A stretch of DNA of 64,000 bases from positions 6,718-70,717 of the forward strand of contig MHUV01000003.1 of NCBI GenBank assembly GCA_001823545.1, in the 5' to 3' direction. The notes under the pieces were generated by a model. The model did no database searches. It was given only the letters and a program-made list of their open reading frames with translations, and had not been told where the DNA came from. Source of the stretch: Candidatus Yonathbacteria bacterium RIFCSPLOWO2_01_FULL_43_27 (GTDB taxonomy: Bacteria > Patescibacteriota > Minisyncoccia > Phycocordibacterales > UBA1550). Shown here piece after piece: positions 1 to 8,615 of this stretch (positions within the stretch are counted from its first letter, which is position 1; the number at the start of each line of letters is the position of its first letter). Made by a program: the position numbers and the translations under genes.

Positions 1-430
1 TGGTTGGTTTAGAAAATGTGAGCGTTGTTTTAAATGGTACAAAATTTTCTGTCATCCAGTCACTTTGAGCTTGAGCAACTGCTGTGCCAAGAAGTACATT
101 ATTAGCGTCATATATTCGTATTGGGAACGACGCTTCAAAATACCACGTTCCACGTGCTTCCCCTTCGGTAAGAAGAGGACTCTTAACTACCGCGCCTTCG
201 ACCGGGGTTGAAACTCTAATGAGGTCAGAGATATTTTTTACTGGTGGACATTGCGCAAACTGACACGTGGGTGCTATTCTCCCTACGGCACTTCCGTCAG
301 GACAAATCTTTACATCCATCGTACATACAACCGTTTCTGGTGGCGTTGTTTTATTAATAATAAAAAGAAACCCGAGCACGATAATAATAATTGCGATTAT
401 GACTGTGAATATAGTGAGTAGTTTTTTCAT
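1..430 (-). CDS. N-terminal part of a membrane-anchored Gmad2 Ig-like domain protein; partial, continues beyond the window start
   Basis: Minus-strand ORF absent from the track because it has no in-window stop. ATG at 430..428 gives MKKLLTIFTVIIAIIIIVLGFLF (TM anchor). The motif GEARGTWYFEASFPIRIYDANNVLLG matches the Gmad2 / spore-germination immunoglobulin-like domain signature. Confidence 0.5.
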   Translation of the reverse strand, partial: MKKLLTIFTVIIAIIIIVLGFLFIINKTTPPETVVCTMDVKICPDGSAVGRIAPTCQFAQCPPVKNISDLIRVSTPVEGAVVKSPLLTEGEARGTWYFEASFPIRIYDANNVLLGTAVAQAQSDWMTENFVPFKTTLTFSKPT

Positions 431-493
431 ATATATAGTGTACTACGCATGTTTTTCTTGTAAAGGGCTCCATCGCTAAGCGCTACTATTTTC

Positions 494-1489
494 CTAGTCC
501 TGTATTATTACCTGTGTGCCCAGATCTGCCCAATAATAAAGGATTTTTGCCTTTTCTGGACGCATATTTACACATCCATTTGAAGCAGGTCCTCCAAAAA
601 AATTATGCCAATAAGCCCCATGAATGATCGAGCCCGTGACGGTGAAGTAAAGATTCCATGGTACACCAGGTAGATCCCATGATTTTACATTCGGGCTCAC
701 CGTGTTTTCAGTACTCGTGCTGATACTCATCGCTGTACTTGTGCTCGTGAGCGCTTCAGTATCGGTGCTTGTTTCAGTTGTTAGGCTCGGAATTTCAAGA
801 GGACCTTGCATATAGCGACTTGGTGTCTTACGAAAAATAGTGAATGTGCCAATAGGTGTCGGTGACTCGTCGAGACCCGCTGAAATCGGCTCCTTCATGT
901 AGATATCCGACCCTTCGTAGGCGTACAAGGTCTGCTCAGAAAGGTCTATAAGAATATATTTATTAGTTGTTCCCGTACTTTTTTTAATAAGATCTTTTGT
1001 TCCTTCATTAAAAAATGATTGCGTATAATTTGCTGAAACGTACCAATCACTCGTAACGCGTTCTGGGTATCTAATCCATTCATCGAGAATAACCCTATAC
1101 CAGTATTGATCATTATTCTCAATAGCTTCACCAACTTTTAGTACTGTCCCGTTACGTAAGCGGGCTACCACTGAATAGTTAAGACCAGGTCCCGAGCGCA
1201 TATTTACACATGTTCCATCATAAAAAGGGCCACATGAATCAACGATTTCTACATAATGAAATAATTCTGCCTCTGTTGGAGTTGGTGGAGGAATTTTTTT
1301 TATATATTTTACTACAGGAGTGAGTGTTGCTCCGGTGATCTTTTGTTCAATCGGTATTATTGAAGCAACTTGTGGTCCATAGGAATTTGGACGAGGAATA
1401 AATAGTAAGATACCGAGCAGTATGAAAAAGATGAGTGTGAGGACTACTACGATTGCAATGAGAATTTTATTTTCTTTATATATTTTCAT
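494..1489 (-). CDS. L,D-transpeptidase (YkuD fold) with SH3b-like domain and N-terminal TM anchor
   Basis: C-terminal HGAYWHNFFGGPASNGCVNM is the YkuD catalytic His/Cys motif. CVNMRSGPGLNYSVV resembles the bacterial SH3b signature. N-terminal hydrophobic stretch ILIAIVVVLTLIFFILLGILLF. Confidence 0.75.
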   Translation of the reverse strand: MKIYKENKILIAIVVVLTLIFFILLGILLFIPRPNSYGPQVASIIPIEQKITGATLTPVVKYIKKIPPPTPTEAELFHYVEIVDSCGPFYDGTCVNMRSGPGLNYSVVARLRNGTVLKVGEAIENNDQYWYRVILDEWIRYPERVTSDWYVSANYTQSFFNEGTKDLIKKSTGTTNKYILIDLSEQTLYAYEGSDIYMKEPISAGLDESPTPIGTFTIFRKTPSRYMQGPLEIPSLTTETSTDTEALTSTSTAMSISTSTENTVSPNVKSWDLPGVPWNLYFTVTGSIIHGAYWHNFFGGPASNGCVNMRPEKAKILYYWADLGTQVIIQD

Positions 1490-1508
1490 ACAATTTCATT
1501 TTCGTTAT

Positions 1509-2099
1509 TTATTCCGGGTGATTAATTGGATATTTTTCAAATTCTGGTAGTAAGTTCTTCCCGTAAAGGAGTCGGGAAAAAGCCTCAGCCTCATATTTTG
1601 CACCATTGATACCAATATGAGGTTTTGGTTCTTCTGGAAGTCCTAGGTAGGAAAGGATTGCGTCTAAGGAAAGATCAGTGCGTTCATTTTTGTGCGGGAT
1701 AGCAATACTGCGTTTCGTTGCGTCCATATATGCCATCGTGTGTAGGTCGAGTGTGCGATATGGGAAATGCCAGCCAATATGCGCACGCGCAAATGAATCG
1801 TTCATAAAATCTCGGTCAAATGAAACATTATGTCCTGCAAGCGTCTTTTCTTCGCACTGGTTAATCCAGTGAAGGAATAGTTGCATTAACTCTTCAAGAG
1901 AGTGTTTTTTTGGATCGGTGCATTCTTGACGTGTGAAGCCGTTGACTTCGAGAGCGTCCGACATAATGCTTGCACCTTCCCACATCCTGCATTCGCCATA
2001 AAACTGACGCTCTGGATGTTCAAGCTCAACAGCACCAATACTTAAAATTGAGTGTTTTTTTGGGTCGAGGCCGGTAGCTTCTATGTCAGCGACTATCAT
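1509..2099 (-). CDS. DEDDh 3'-5' exonuclease (DnaQ / DNA pol III epsilon-like)
   Basis: Exo I motif MIVADIEATGLD, Exo II HNVSFDRDFM, Exo III H...D region. The track ORF (1509..2267) has a hydrophobic N-terminal extension overlapping the divergent nuclease gene; the ATG at 2099 (MIVADIE) is the likely start. Confidence 0.75.
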   Translation of the reverse strand: MIVADIEATGLDPKKHSILSIGAVELEHPERQFYGECRMWEGASIMSDALEVNGFTRQECTDPKKHSLEELMQLFLHWINQCEEKTLAGHNVSFDRDFMNDSFARAHIGWHFPYRTLDLHTMAYMDATKRSIAIPHKNERTDLSLDAILSYLGLPEEPKPHIGINGAKYEAEAFSRLLYGKNLLPEFEKYPINHPE

Positions 2100-2138
2100 A
2101 GGTCCAGTATAACATGAAATCGTGATACACTTATTTTT

Positions 2139-2699
2139 ATGAATAAAAAGGTTCTCTGGATTATAGTGCTTGTTTTGCTGGTGTTGGGTGGTGAAAAAGT
2201 AATAAAAGTAGACAACGAAGAGGTTCTTTCTATTCCATCGCCTCGCATTTTTCAAGAAGAAGCACATGAACCGCTAATTCAAAAGACCTTATCTACTGTT
2301 CTTCGTGTTATTGATGGCGATACTATCGAGGTGAGCCGTAATGGCATATCTGAAAAAGTACGGTTAATTGGTGTAAATACTCCAGAAACAGTTGATCCGC
2401 GCAAGAAGGTGGAGTGTTTTGGTAAAGAAGCGTCACGATTTGTAACGGACATCCTTACCGGAACATCGGTGTCTCTTGAAGCAGACGTGAGTCAGGGTGA
2501 ACGTGATCGCTATGGACGCTTACTTCGATATGTCTATCTTCCAAATGGCACACTACTCAACAAAACAATTATTGCTGAAGGATACGGGTATGAATATACC
2601 TATCGTGTTCCCTATCGTTATATGAATGAGTTCAAGGAAGCTCAGTCTTCTGCTAAAAAATTACAAAAGGGACTTTGGGCGGATGGTGTTTGTGAGTAA
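2139..2699 (+). CDS. nuc: Secreted thermonuclease (staphylococcal nuclease / SNase family)
   Basis: Signal/TM N-terminus MNKKVLWIIVLVLLVLGG. SNase core LRVIDGDTIEV...VRLIGVNTPE...GRLLRYVY...KGLWADG. Divergent from the DEDDh exonuclease gene with a ~39-bp gap. Confidence 0.8.
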   Translation: MNKKVLWIIVLVLLVLGGEKVIKVDNEEVLSIPSPRIFQEEAHEPLIQKTLSTVLRVIDGDTIEVSRNGISEKVRLIGVNTPETVDPRKKVECFGKEASRFVTDILTGTSVSLEADVSQGERDRYGRLLRYVYLPNGTLLNKTIIAEGYGYEYTYRVPYRYMNEFKEAQSSAKKLQKGLWADGVCE

Positions 2700-2775
2700 G
2701 CTGGCTTTAGTTATTTCTTATTAGCGACGTAGAGCAAGTGAAGTGAGAAAGTAGTCTTTCTCACTTCCGAGCCGA
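2700..2775. repeat. Partial copy (3'-terminal ~70 nt, inverted) of the intergenic repeat family
   Basis: ttagcgacgtagagcaagtgaagtgagaaagtagtctttctcacttccgagccgaggaagctaatacgg matches 58150-58220 and the reverse complement of 29045-29115. Contains the hairpin GAAAGTAGTCTTTC region. Confidence 0.55.
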
Positions 2776-2807
2776 GGAAGCTAATACGGATTTCGTGTAT
2801 GTAAAAA

Positions 2808-5021
2808 TCATACGGTTACGAGATCTTTTTCGACACGCTTTAATGACACGGCATTTACCGCAACTATTATTGAAGACACACTCATCAAAAGTGCCGCAAA
2901 TTCTGGACGGAGCATAATGCCAAAGCTAGGATATAGAATTCCTCCAGCAATAGGAATTGCAAGGACATTGTAAATTGAAGCCCAAAAAAGATTCTGTTTC
3001 ATTTTGCGAACTGTTGCTTTGCTTAAGGTGATTGCTCGAAGAATGTCTAATGGGTCTGATTTCATAAGAACAACTTTTGCAGTTTCGATTGCCACGTCCG
3101 TGCCTGCACCAATAGCAATACCCACATCAGATTGAGCGAGCGCGGGTGCGTCGTTGACCCCATCGCCCACCATTGCCGTAAATTTTCCTTCTTCTTGTAA
3201 TTTTTTTACGTAGCTCGCTTTATCCGCAGGTATTACTTCCGCAAACACTCTTTCTATACCAATACGACTTGCCACATTCTCTGCGGTATTTTTATTGTCG
3301 CCGGTAATCATAGCAATCTCAATACCCAAAGCTTTCAAACTCTCAACGGTTTTTATGGCATTGGGTTTTATTGGATCAACTACACCAATCACTGCTTTAA
3401 TGGACCCATCAACAGCGAGAATCATAATCGTCTCCCCTTTTTCCAGAAACTCATTTATTTTTTGTTCCAGTATACCCAGAGCAATACCCTGTTCCTTCAT
3501 AAGTCTCACGGTACCGATAAGTAGTTGTTTTCCGTCGACAACGGCCTTTACTCCCAACCCTGAAAGATTTTTAAATTTATCAACCGACTCTGGCAATATA
3601 AGGTCGCGTTTCTTAAGCTCATCGAGCACGGCACCAGCCAAAGGGTGAGATGATTTCGCCTCTGCCGCGCCGACGAGGCGAAGTGCTTCGTCTGCACTAA
3701 AACCATCCACGGTAGCGATGTCAGTTACTTTTGATTTTCCTTCGGTAAGTGTCCCAGTTTTATCAAGGACAATTGCTTGGATTTTTGAAACTTGTTCTAG
3801 TGTGGGAGCATCTTTTATAAGAATATTATGTTTTGCCCCAAGGCCAGTACCGACAGCTACGGCAGTCGGCGTGGCAAGTCCAAGTGCGTCGGGGCAAGCA
3901 ATGACAACCGTAGCAATAGCAAAAGAGAGAGCCAAAAGGAGCGGTGAACCAACTATAAAATACCAAATTATAAATACCAAAAGACCTGATCCTACCGCCA
4001 CAATGACCAAGTACTTTGCAAACCTATCGGCGATTCTTTGTCCCGGAGCTTTTGAATTCTGCGCTTCTTCAACCATCGTTACAATTCGTGCAAGAGCAGT
4101 GTCCTTGCCGATTTTTGTTGCCTTAAATTTCACCGATCCGGTAGTGTTGATTGATCCCCCAATGACCTGGTCCCCAATCCTTTTAGCCGTAGGGATCGAT
4201 TCTCCAGTAACCAAAGATTCGTCTATGGCAGTTTCTCCCTCAATAACCTCACCATCAACAGGAACCTTGTCTCCTGGCTTAAGAATGATGATGTCACCAA
4301 GTTGTATATCGGATGTGGAAACCATCATCTCTCTGCCATCTTTAAAGATTCTGGCTTGAGGCGGTACGAGATTAAAAAGTGCCTGAAGAGCGTCTGTTGT
4401 CCCGCGACGAGATCTCATTTCCATCCAGTGACCGAACAAGACGAACGTGATAAGCATGGCAGCCGCTTCGTAATAGGAATCGGTACTTCCCATAAGAGTA
4501 AGCAGGATACTGAAGCCATACGCTGCAGTAATGCCGACGGCAATGAGTACCGCCATATTCAGTATTTTATTTTTCAACGCAAAATAAGTTGAATAGAGGA
4601 AAATCCATCCGGAATAAAAAAATACCGGTGTTGTTAACATAAAGAGGAGCCACGGTAAAGGAATTGGAGATGCCAGATCAATCCTTAAAAACTCGGTGCC
4701 TAAAGGCGAATACAAAATTATAGGAATGGTGAGGATAAGCGAGAAGAAGAATTTATTCCGAATATCTATCTCCATGAGGCGAGCCATTTCCCGACCTGCA
4801 AGTCCGGTATGATCCATGCCCATCGTCATCGACATACTCATCTTGAACTTTCCCCAGAATCCCATCTTCGATATATCGCCCATTGCGTGCCCAGAATGGG
4901 CACTATGCTTTTCCTGATCATCTTTCTTAACAAGCTTCATCCCACATTTCGGGCACGTGCCGAGTTTGCCCGAAACAACCTCAGGATGCATTGGGCAGGT
5001 ATACATTTTGTTTTCTTTCAT
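2808..5021 (-). CDS. copA: Copper-translocating P1B-type ATPase
   Basis: DKTGTLT phosphorylation motif, GDGVNDAPAL, TGES-like actuator, membrane CP(D)-ALGLATP motif (IACPDALGLATP). N-terminal metal-binding region YTCPMHPEV...CPKCGM followed by a His/Met-rich linker. Confidence 0.9.
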   Translation of the reverse strand: MKENKMYTCPMHPEVVSGKLGTCPKCGMKLVKKDDQEKHSAHSGHAMGDISKMGFWGKFKMSMSMTMGMDHTGLAGREMARLMEIDIRNKFFFSLILTIPIILYSPLGTEFLRIDLASPIPLPWLLFMLTTPVFFYSGWIFLYSTYFALKNKILNMAVLIAVGITAAYGFSILLTLMGSTDSYYEAAAMLITFVLFGHWMEMRSRRGTTDALQALFNLVPPQARIFKDGREMMVSTSDIQLGDIIILKPGDKVPVDGEVIEGETAIDESLVTGESIPTAKRIGDQVIGGSINTTGSVKFKATKIGKDTALARIVTMVEEAQNSKAPGQRIADRFAKYLVIVAVGSGLLVFIIWYFIVGSPLLLALSFAIATVVIACPDALGLATPTAVAVGTGLGAKHNILIKDAPTLEQVSKIQAIVLDKTGTLTEGKSKVTDIATVDGFSADEALRLVGAAEAKSSHPLAGAVLDELKKRDLILPESVDKFKNLSGLGVKAVVDGKQLLIGTVRLMKEQGIALGILEQKINEFLEKGETIMILAVDGSIKAVIGVVDPIKPNAIKTVESLKALGIEIAMITGDNKNTAENVASRIGIERVFAEVIPADKASYVKKLQEEGKFTAMVGDGVNDAPALAQSDVGIAIGAGTDVAIETAKVVLMKSDPLDILRAITLSKATVRKMKQNLFWASIYNVLAIPIAGGILYPSFGIMLRPEFAALLMSVSSIIVAVNAVSLKRVEKDLVTV

Positions 5022-5043
5022 TGAGTGAATAGTACCTGTGGTC

Positions 5044-5283
5044 TTATGAAGTTAAGTCTTTTTTCTTTTCTTCGAACTCTTTCTTATCAATTTCACCTTT
5101 CGCATAACGTTCCTTAAGAATATCGAGTGCTGACTTAGATCTTGGAGTGTCGGAATGGTTGCCACCCCTTGCCTCTCTTGCTAACCATACAATAAAGAAG
5201 ATAACTGCGCCCCAAAAAATTATCATCATCAAACCTCCTCCGAAACCCCAGCCAAAAATGTCTCCATAGTAATTTCCCATCAT
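5044..5283 (-). CDS. SHOCT-domain small membrane protein
   Basis: One TM (LMMIIFWGAVIFFIVWLA) followed by ALDILKERYAKGEIDKKEFEEKKKDL, which matches the SHOCT short C-terminal domain. Adjacent to copA. Confidence 0.65.
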   Translation of the reverse strand: MMGNYYGDIFGWGFGGGLMMIIFWGAVIFFIVWLAREARGGNHSDTPRSKSALDILKERYAKGEIDKKEFEEKKKDLTS

Positions 5284-5423
5284 ATATTTTTTTGTGATTA
5301 ATTAATAATTAATACAAATCCATGAACTCTTTAATAGCTTCTAGATTAATTGTTACATCGACCTTTATCTATACATACTCTATACCTCCGTACCCTTTAT
5401 GTCTACTCTATGTAGCGAGTATT

Positions 5424-6404
5424 CTAGATTCCACACCCACCTTGTTGTCGTGGGGGCGCAACTGTCGCTCCATTTCCTACTCCACAACCATTTCCGCTTC
5501 TTTGTTGTGGGGGTCGAGAGACCTGGGTGGCAATTTTTGCGTATCCTTGTGCACTTGAATAATTTATGCCAAGCATTTCTTGCGGATTCACATCCTTCCA
5601 TTCGATACCCTTGCTCTTCATGTAGGATGCTATCGTGAGATAGGTATCAGGGAACCAATATGAATTGACAACCAGAGCCGCTTTCCACATATCTTGCTCG
5701 CTCGCGCCTTGTGAGGCCATAAGTTCAAGAAACCCGAGCATAGCCATTCCGTGATTGCAGTCAGGGAAGTGAGTAGAATTACCACAGCATGGTCTATATA
5801 TGCCTCTTGATACTTTGTCTACGAGGTCCTGCTGTTCGGAGGTCAGATCAAAGAATTTATGACGGCTATAATGATCCATTGCGCTACCTTGAGCGATAGT
5901 CCACCCACCCGTTGATGCAAAGTTTCCCGCACCGCCGTAGGATGGATCTGTCATCTCTCCTGATTCCAATATTGGATTTTTACTTGCGAGCCCAAGTGCC
6001 CAAAACAAATTGAGCATATACCCAGCATTTTCGTTTGTGATCGTAAGTTTTCCCTCGTTTTGACCAAGAAGGAGTTTCCTGTATTCCTCGGTAAAAGCTC
6101 CTCGCTGATCATATATGGCTATAAACTTATCAGCATCAATGGTTCCGGTACTAACAAGTTTTGATCCAAGATCACCCCAAATAACCGGAAGCTCAACGCC
6201 ACCCGAGGGTAGAACCGCTTCTTCGGCAGCCGAAACTTGTTTTGCGCTTGGTGTTTGTAGTGAACTATTCCCCGCGTTGTAGATCATCTCTCCTGCGATT
6301 ACGAATCCTGCAATAATAATGGCGGTTGGGAGCGTGTATATACCATCAACCTTTTTCGACGTTTCCTGATCTTGAATTATCTCCTCTTGAATTTCGTTGT
6401 TCAT
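5424..6404 (-). CDS. Membrane-anchored hypothetical protein with conserved Cys/His motif; candidate metal-binding
   Basis: N-terminal TM (LPTAIIIAGFVIAG). Motif RPCCGNSTHFPDCNHGMAML. Gly/Cys-rich C-terminal tail GNGCGVGNGATVAPPRQQGGCGI. No family recognised by eye. Confidence 0.45.
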   Translation of the reverse strand: MNNEIQEEIIQDQETSKKVDGIYTLPTAIIIAGFVIAGEMIYNAGNSSLQTPSAKQVSAAEEAVLPSGGVELPVIWGDLGSKLVSTGTIDADKFIAIYDQRGAFTEEYRKLLLGQNEGKLTITNENAGYMLNLFWALGLASKNPILESGEMTDPSYGGAGNFASTGGWTIAQGSAMDHYSRHKFFDLTSEQQDLVDKVSRGIYRPCCGNSTHFPDCNHGMAMLGFLELMASQGASEQDMWKAALVVNSYWFPDTYLTIASYMKSKGIEWKDVNPQEMLGINYSSAQGYAKIATQVSRPPQQRSGNGCGVGNGATVAPPRQQGGCGI

Positions 6405-6414
6405 TGTTTTGTTT

Positions 6415-7986
6415 TTATGGAGTTACATTAATATCAAGCTCTAATTTCAATGTCGGATTTGTTGCAGAATCAGTTTCTATATAGACGACCTTTTTTGCCG
6501 GACCCGCGCCTTGCGGTCCGTGCGCCGCTGGGTCTACCTCCACTTCGATTATAATTTCTTGTCCCGGTTTGACTATCTCATTTATTTTAGACGCAAGCCC
6601 GCCGTGCCCCGGCATACCAAACGGACCCTTACGAGATGTGCCATTTATAATGGTTGCTTCTGTACACATACAAGAAGTGGTAACACTGGCGATCTCTACC
6701 GAAGAACTACCAGTATTTTTTATCTTGAACGAATGACTAACTTTTCCGTTTTTCATCGAAACCGTGCCGAAATCAAAAGATTTCTCTGACGAAACAAGCT
6801 CGCTATAGTTGCCTTTGCCTGAAATTTCTGCATCTCTATACCACACACTAATCCCGTTTGGCATCTTACCCACGTTTATTTTCGCAACTTCTTTCTCCAT
6901 AGCAGTATCAATTATTGACACATCATCACTCTTGAGATTAGTAATGTACGCAAACTTCCCATTTTTAGAAACAGTAACTCCGTGAGGAGCAGACCCACTT
7001 TTGATAGCCTGTACTACGCTCATCTCCTTCAAATCAATCTTATAGATAGTATCGCCAATTGGCTGATCAAAATAGAACCCTTGATCGGCAACATACACAA
7101 AGCGTGAGTCAGGGGTAGGATAAAGCTGTACCGGTCCTTTTGCATCTTGTGGTAAATCAACGTAGCTCAATTTTGCCAAGGCAGTATCGTATACCGCTAA
7201 ACTTTTCGCGTCATACACTGAAGCTAGTGCATACTTCCCGTCTGGCGTGACACCTGTCTGCACTGCCGCACCATTGAGTGAAATGTCTTTTAAGTTGAAA
7301 CTATCGATATCAAGAACTCCCATACTTTTGCCCGACAACATCGCGATATATGCGGTTTTTCCATCTGGTGAGATACGAAGCCCATGAGGTCCACCACCTT
7401 TTTTTGTAGTAACTTCTTTCTCTACCTCAAACGAAGTAGTGTTTATTTTGTATATAATTCCCTTTTCTTGTGATGCGACAATGGCGTACCTGCTGTCGGG
7501 TGTTAAAGAAATATGCGAGAGGTGAAGTTCCTGCCCAATTTCAATCCTCTTTATAATTACGTCTGAGAATGGATCTATGACGATGACTTCGTCGTTGTTC
7601 CTTTGCATAGCCATCCCCTCCTCGCCGTGACCTGCGTTTGCTTCAGCTCTTGGTATGATACGAAACGACATTTTCATATTCTTCTCGTCTTCTGCGTTAG
7701 CGGTTACCCATACACTTTTATTATCCGGTGCAACTTGCACATTGTGTGGCATATAACTAACCGTTATGCCATCTGTATCCTTGGATAAATTTATTTTCTT
7801 TAAAACCTGTTTTGTCTGCGGATTGAGTACAGCGATTTCTCCGGAACCCTCAATTGCAACATATACTTTTTCTTCTACACGTAAGGAACTATTAATTTTG
7901 TTTTCCTGCTTGCCACTTCCGTAATTAATAATTACTCCAATTATCACGATCGCCACCAATACAATTATAATTTTAATATTTTTCAT
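6415..7986 (-). CDS. YVTN-type beta-propeller repeat protein fused to a C-terminal DUF1573-like domain
   Basis: N-terminal TM/signal. Repeated ~40-aa units with V..P DG/DS + ..Y(V/I)(A/T)N spacing typical of YVTN/lactonase-like propellers. C-terminus SFDFGTVSMKNGKVSHSFKIKNTGSSSVEIASVTTSCMCT matches the DUF1573 SC.CT signature. Confidence 0.6.
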   Translation of the reverse strand: MKNIKIIIVLVAIVIIGVIINYGSGKQENKINSSLRVEEKVYVAIEGSGEIAVLNPQTKQVLKKINLSKDTDGITVSYMPHNVQVAPDNKSVWVTANAEDEKNMKMSFRIIPRAEANAGHGEEGMAMQRNNDEVIVIDPFSDVIIKRIEIGQELHLSHISLTPDSRYAIVASQEKGIIYKINTTSFEVEKEVTTKKGGGPHGLRISPDGKTAYIAMLSGKSMGVLDIDSFNLKDISLNGAAVQTGVTPDGKYALASVYDAKSLAVYDTALAKLSYVDLPQDAKGPVQLYPTPDSRFVYVADQGFYFDQPIGDTIYKIDLKEMSVVQAIKSGSAPHGVTVSKNGKFAYITNLKSDDVSIIDTAMEKEVAKINVGKMPNGISVWYRDAEISGKGNYSELVSSEKSFDFGTVSMKNGKVSHSFKIKNTGSSSVEIASVTTSCMCTEATIINGTSRKGPFGMPGHGGLASKINEIVKPGQEIIIEVEVDPAAHGPQGAGPAKKVVYIETDSATNPTLKLELDINVTP

Positions 7987-8009
7987 TTTTTTATAGTTAA
8001 TCTGCTCAT

Positions 8010-8100
8010 AAAAGCGGTAGGTACCACAGGGTAAGCCACCCTTGTATTATTCCATTACATGGACGGTACACCTTGTCGCTCATAGTAAAAAAGCTCACTA
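8010..8100. repeat. Short member of the intergenic repeat family
   Basis: Begins aaaagcggta (the 5' terminus shared with 28841 and the rc of 58320). 8039..8073 is 35/35 identical to 28923..28957. Ends tgtcgctcatag (compare ctacgtcgctaatag). Confidence 0.55.
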
Positions 8101-8157
8101 AAAGTGGCTTATGCAGACAAAAGAAGCGTGTCGAGGTGCGACAGAGTTTCTTTTGTC

Positions 8158-8565
8158 TTAATTAAAAGATGGACTATTTATAAAAAGTGACAACCAGCGA
8201 GTAATAGCCTGTGGTCTGAATAATTTTGTACTATAATTACGGGACAAATAACGTAGTGATATACGTATATGAGATATCGACGGAAAATATTTTTGAAGCA
8301 CATATAGTACCCCTATCGTGAGTAATATTGTCATCAGTACCTGCGCGACAAATGAAGAAACAAGAACATTGGTGAATGTTTGGTACATGAAAAGAACGTG
8401 AGTGGCGGTAGATAGTGTTCCCGTTGGGCACGTAGAAGTATGGAGAGGCGTCGTAGGACAATTGTCACTCGTCATCCCGTCCATATGGTGTTCCATCGAA
8501 GAAAAGCTAAGAATTGCTCCCGCTATAAAGCCTATAAGTACTATAAATACGAGAAATTTCTTCAT
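8158..8565 (-). CDS. Small His/Met/Cys-rich membrane protein; candidate metal (Cu) binding
   Basis: Signal/TM MKKFLVFIVLIGFIAGAILS, then SMEHHMDGMTSDNCPTTPLHTSTCPTG, then a second TM. The C-terminal ~35 aa may be read-through. Confidence 0.4.
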   Translation of the reverse strand: MKKFLVFIVLIGFIAGAILSFSSMEHHMDGMTSDNCPTTPLHTSTCPTGTLSTATHVLFMYQTFTNVLVSSFVAQVLMTILLTIGVLYVLQKYFPSISHIRISLRYLSRNYSTKLFRPQAITRWLSLFINSPSFN

Positions 8566-8615
8566 ATTTCTATTCTATCACTTTCTTTTTAAAAAGTGCA
8601 AGAGTGCATCAACAC

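Noticed and set aside
267-479. Plus-strand 70-aa ORF at the window start
   Set aside because: Antisense to the Gmad2-domain gene whose TM anchor it mirrors; hydrophobic shadow ORF.
1509-2267. Long N-terminal extensions of track ORFs (1509-2267, 11198-12127, 22336-22863, 40651-41265, 27385-27732, 60101-60472, 10722-11156, 32832-33164)
   Set aside because: The extensions overlap neighbouring genes or lack homology. Internal ATGs coincide with the canonical family N-termini and/or RBS, so shorter starts were used.
3295-4592. Plus-strand ORFs (3295-3648, 3718-4359, 4302-4592) inside copA
   Set aside because: Antisense to a well-supported P-type ATPase gene, with Ser/Pro/Ala-rich low-complexity translations typical of shadow ORFs.
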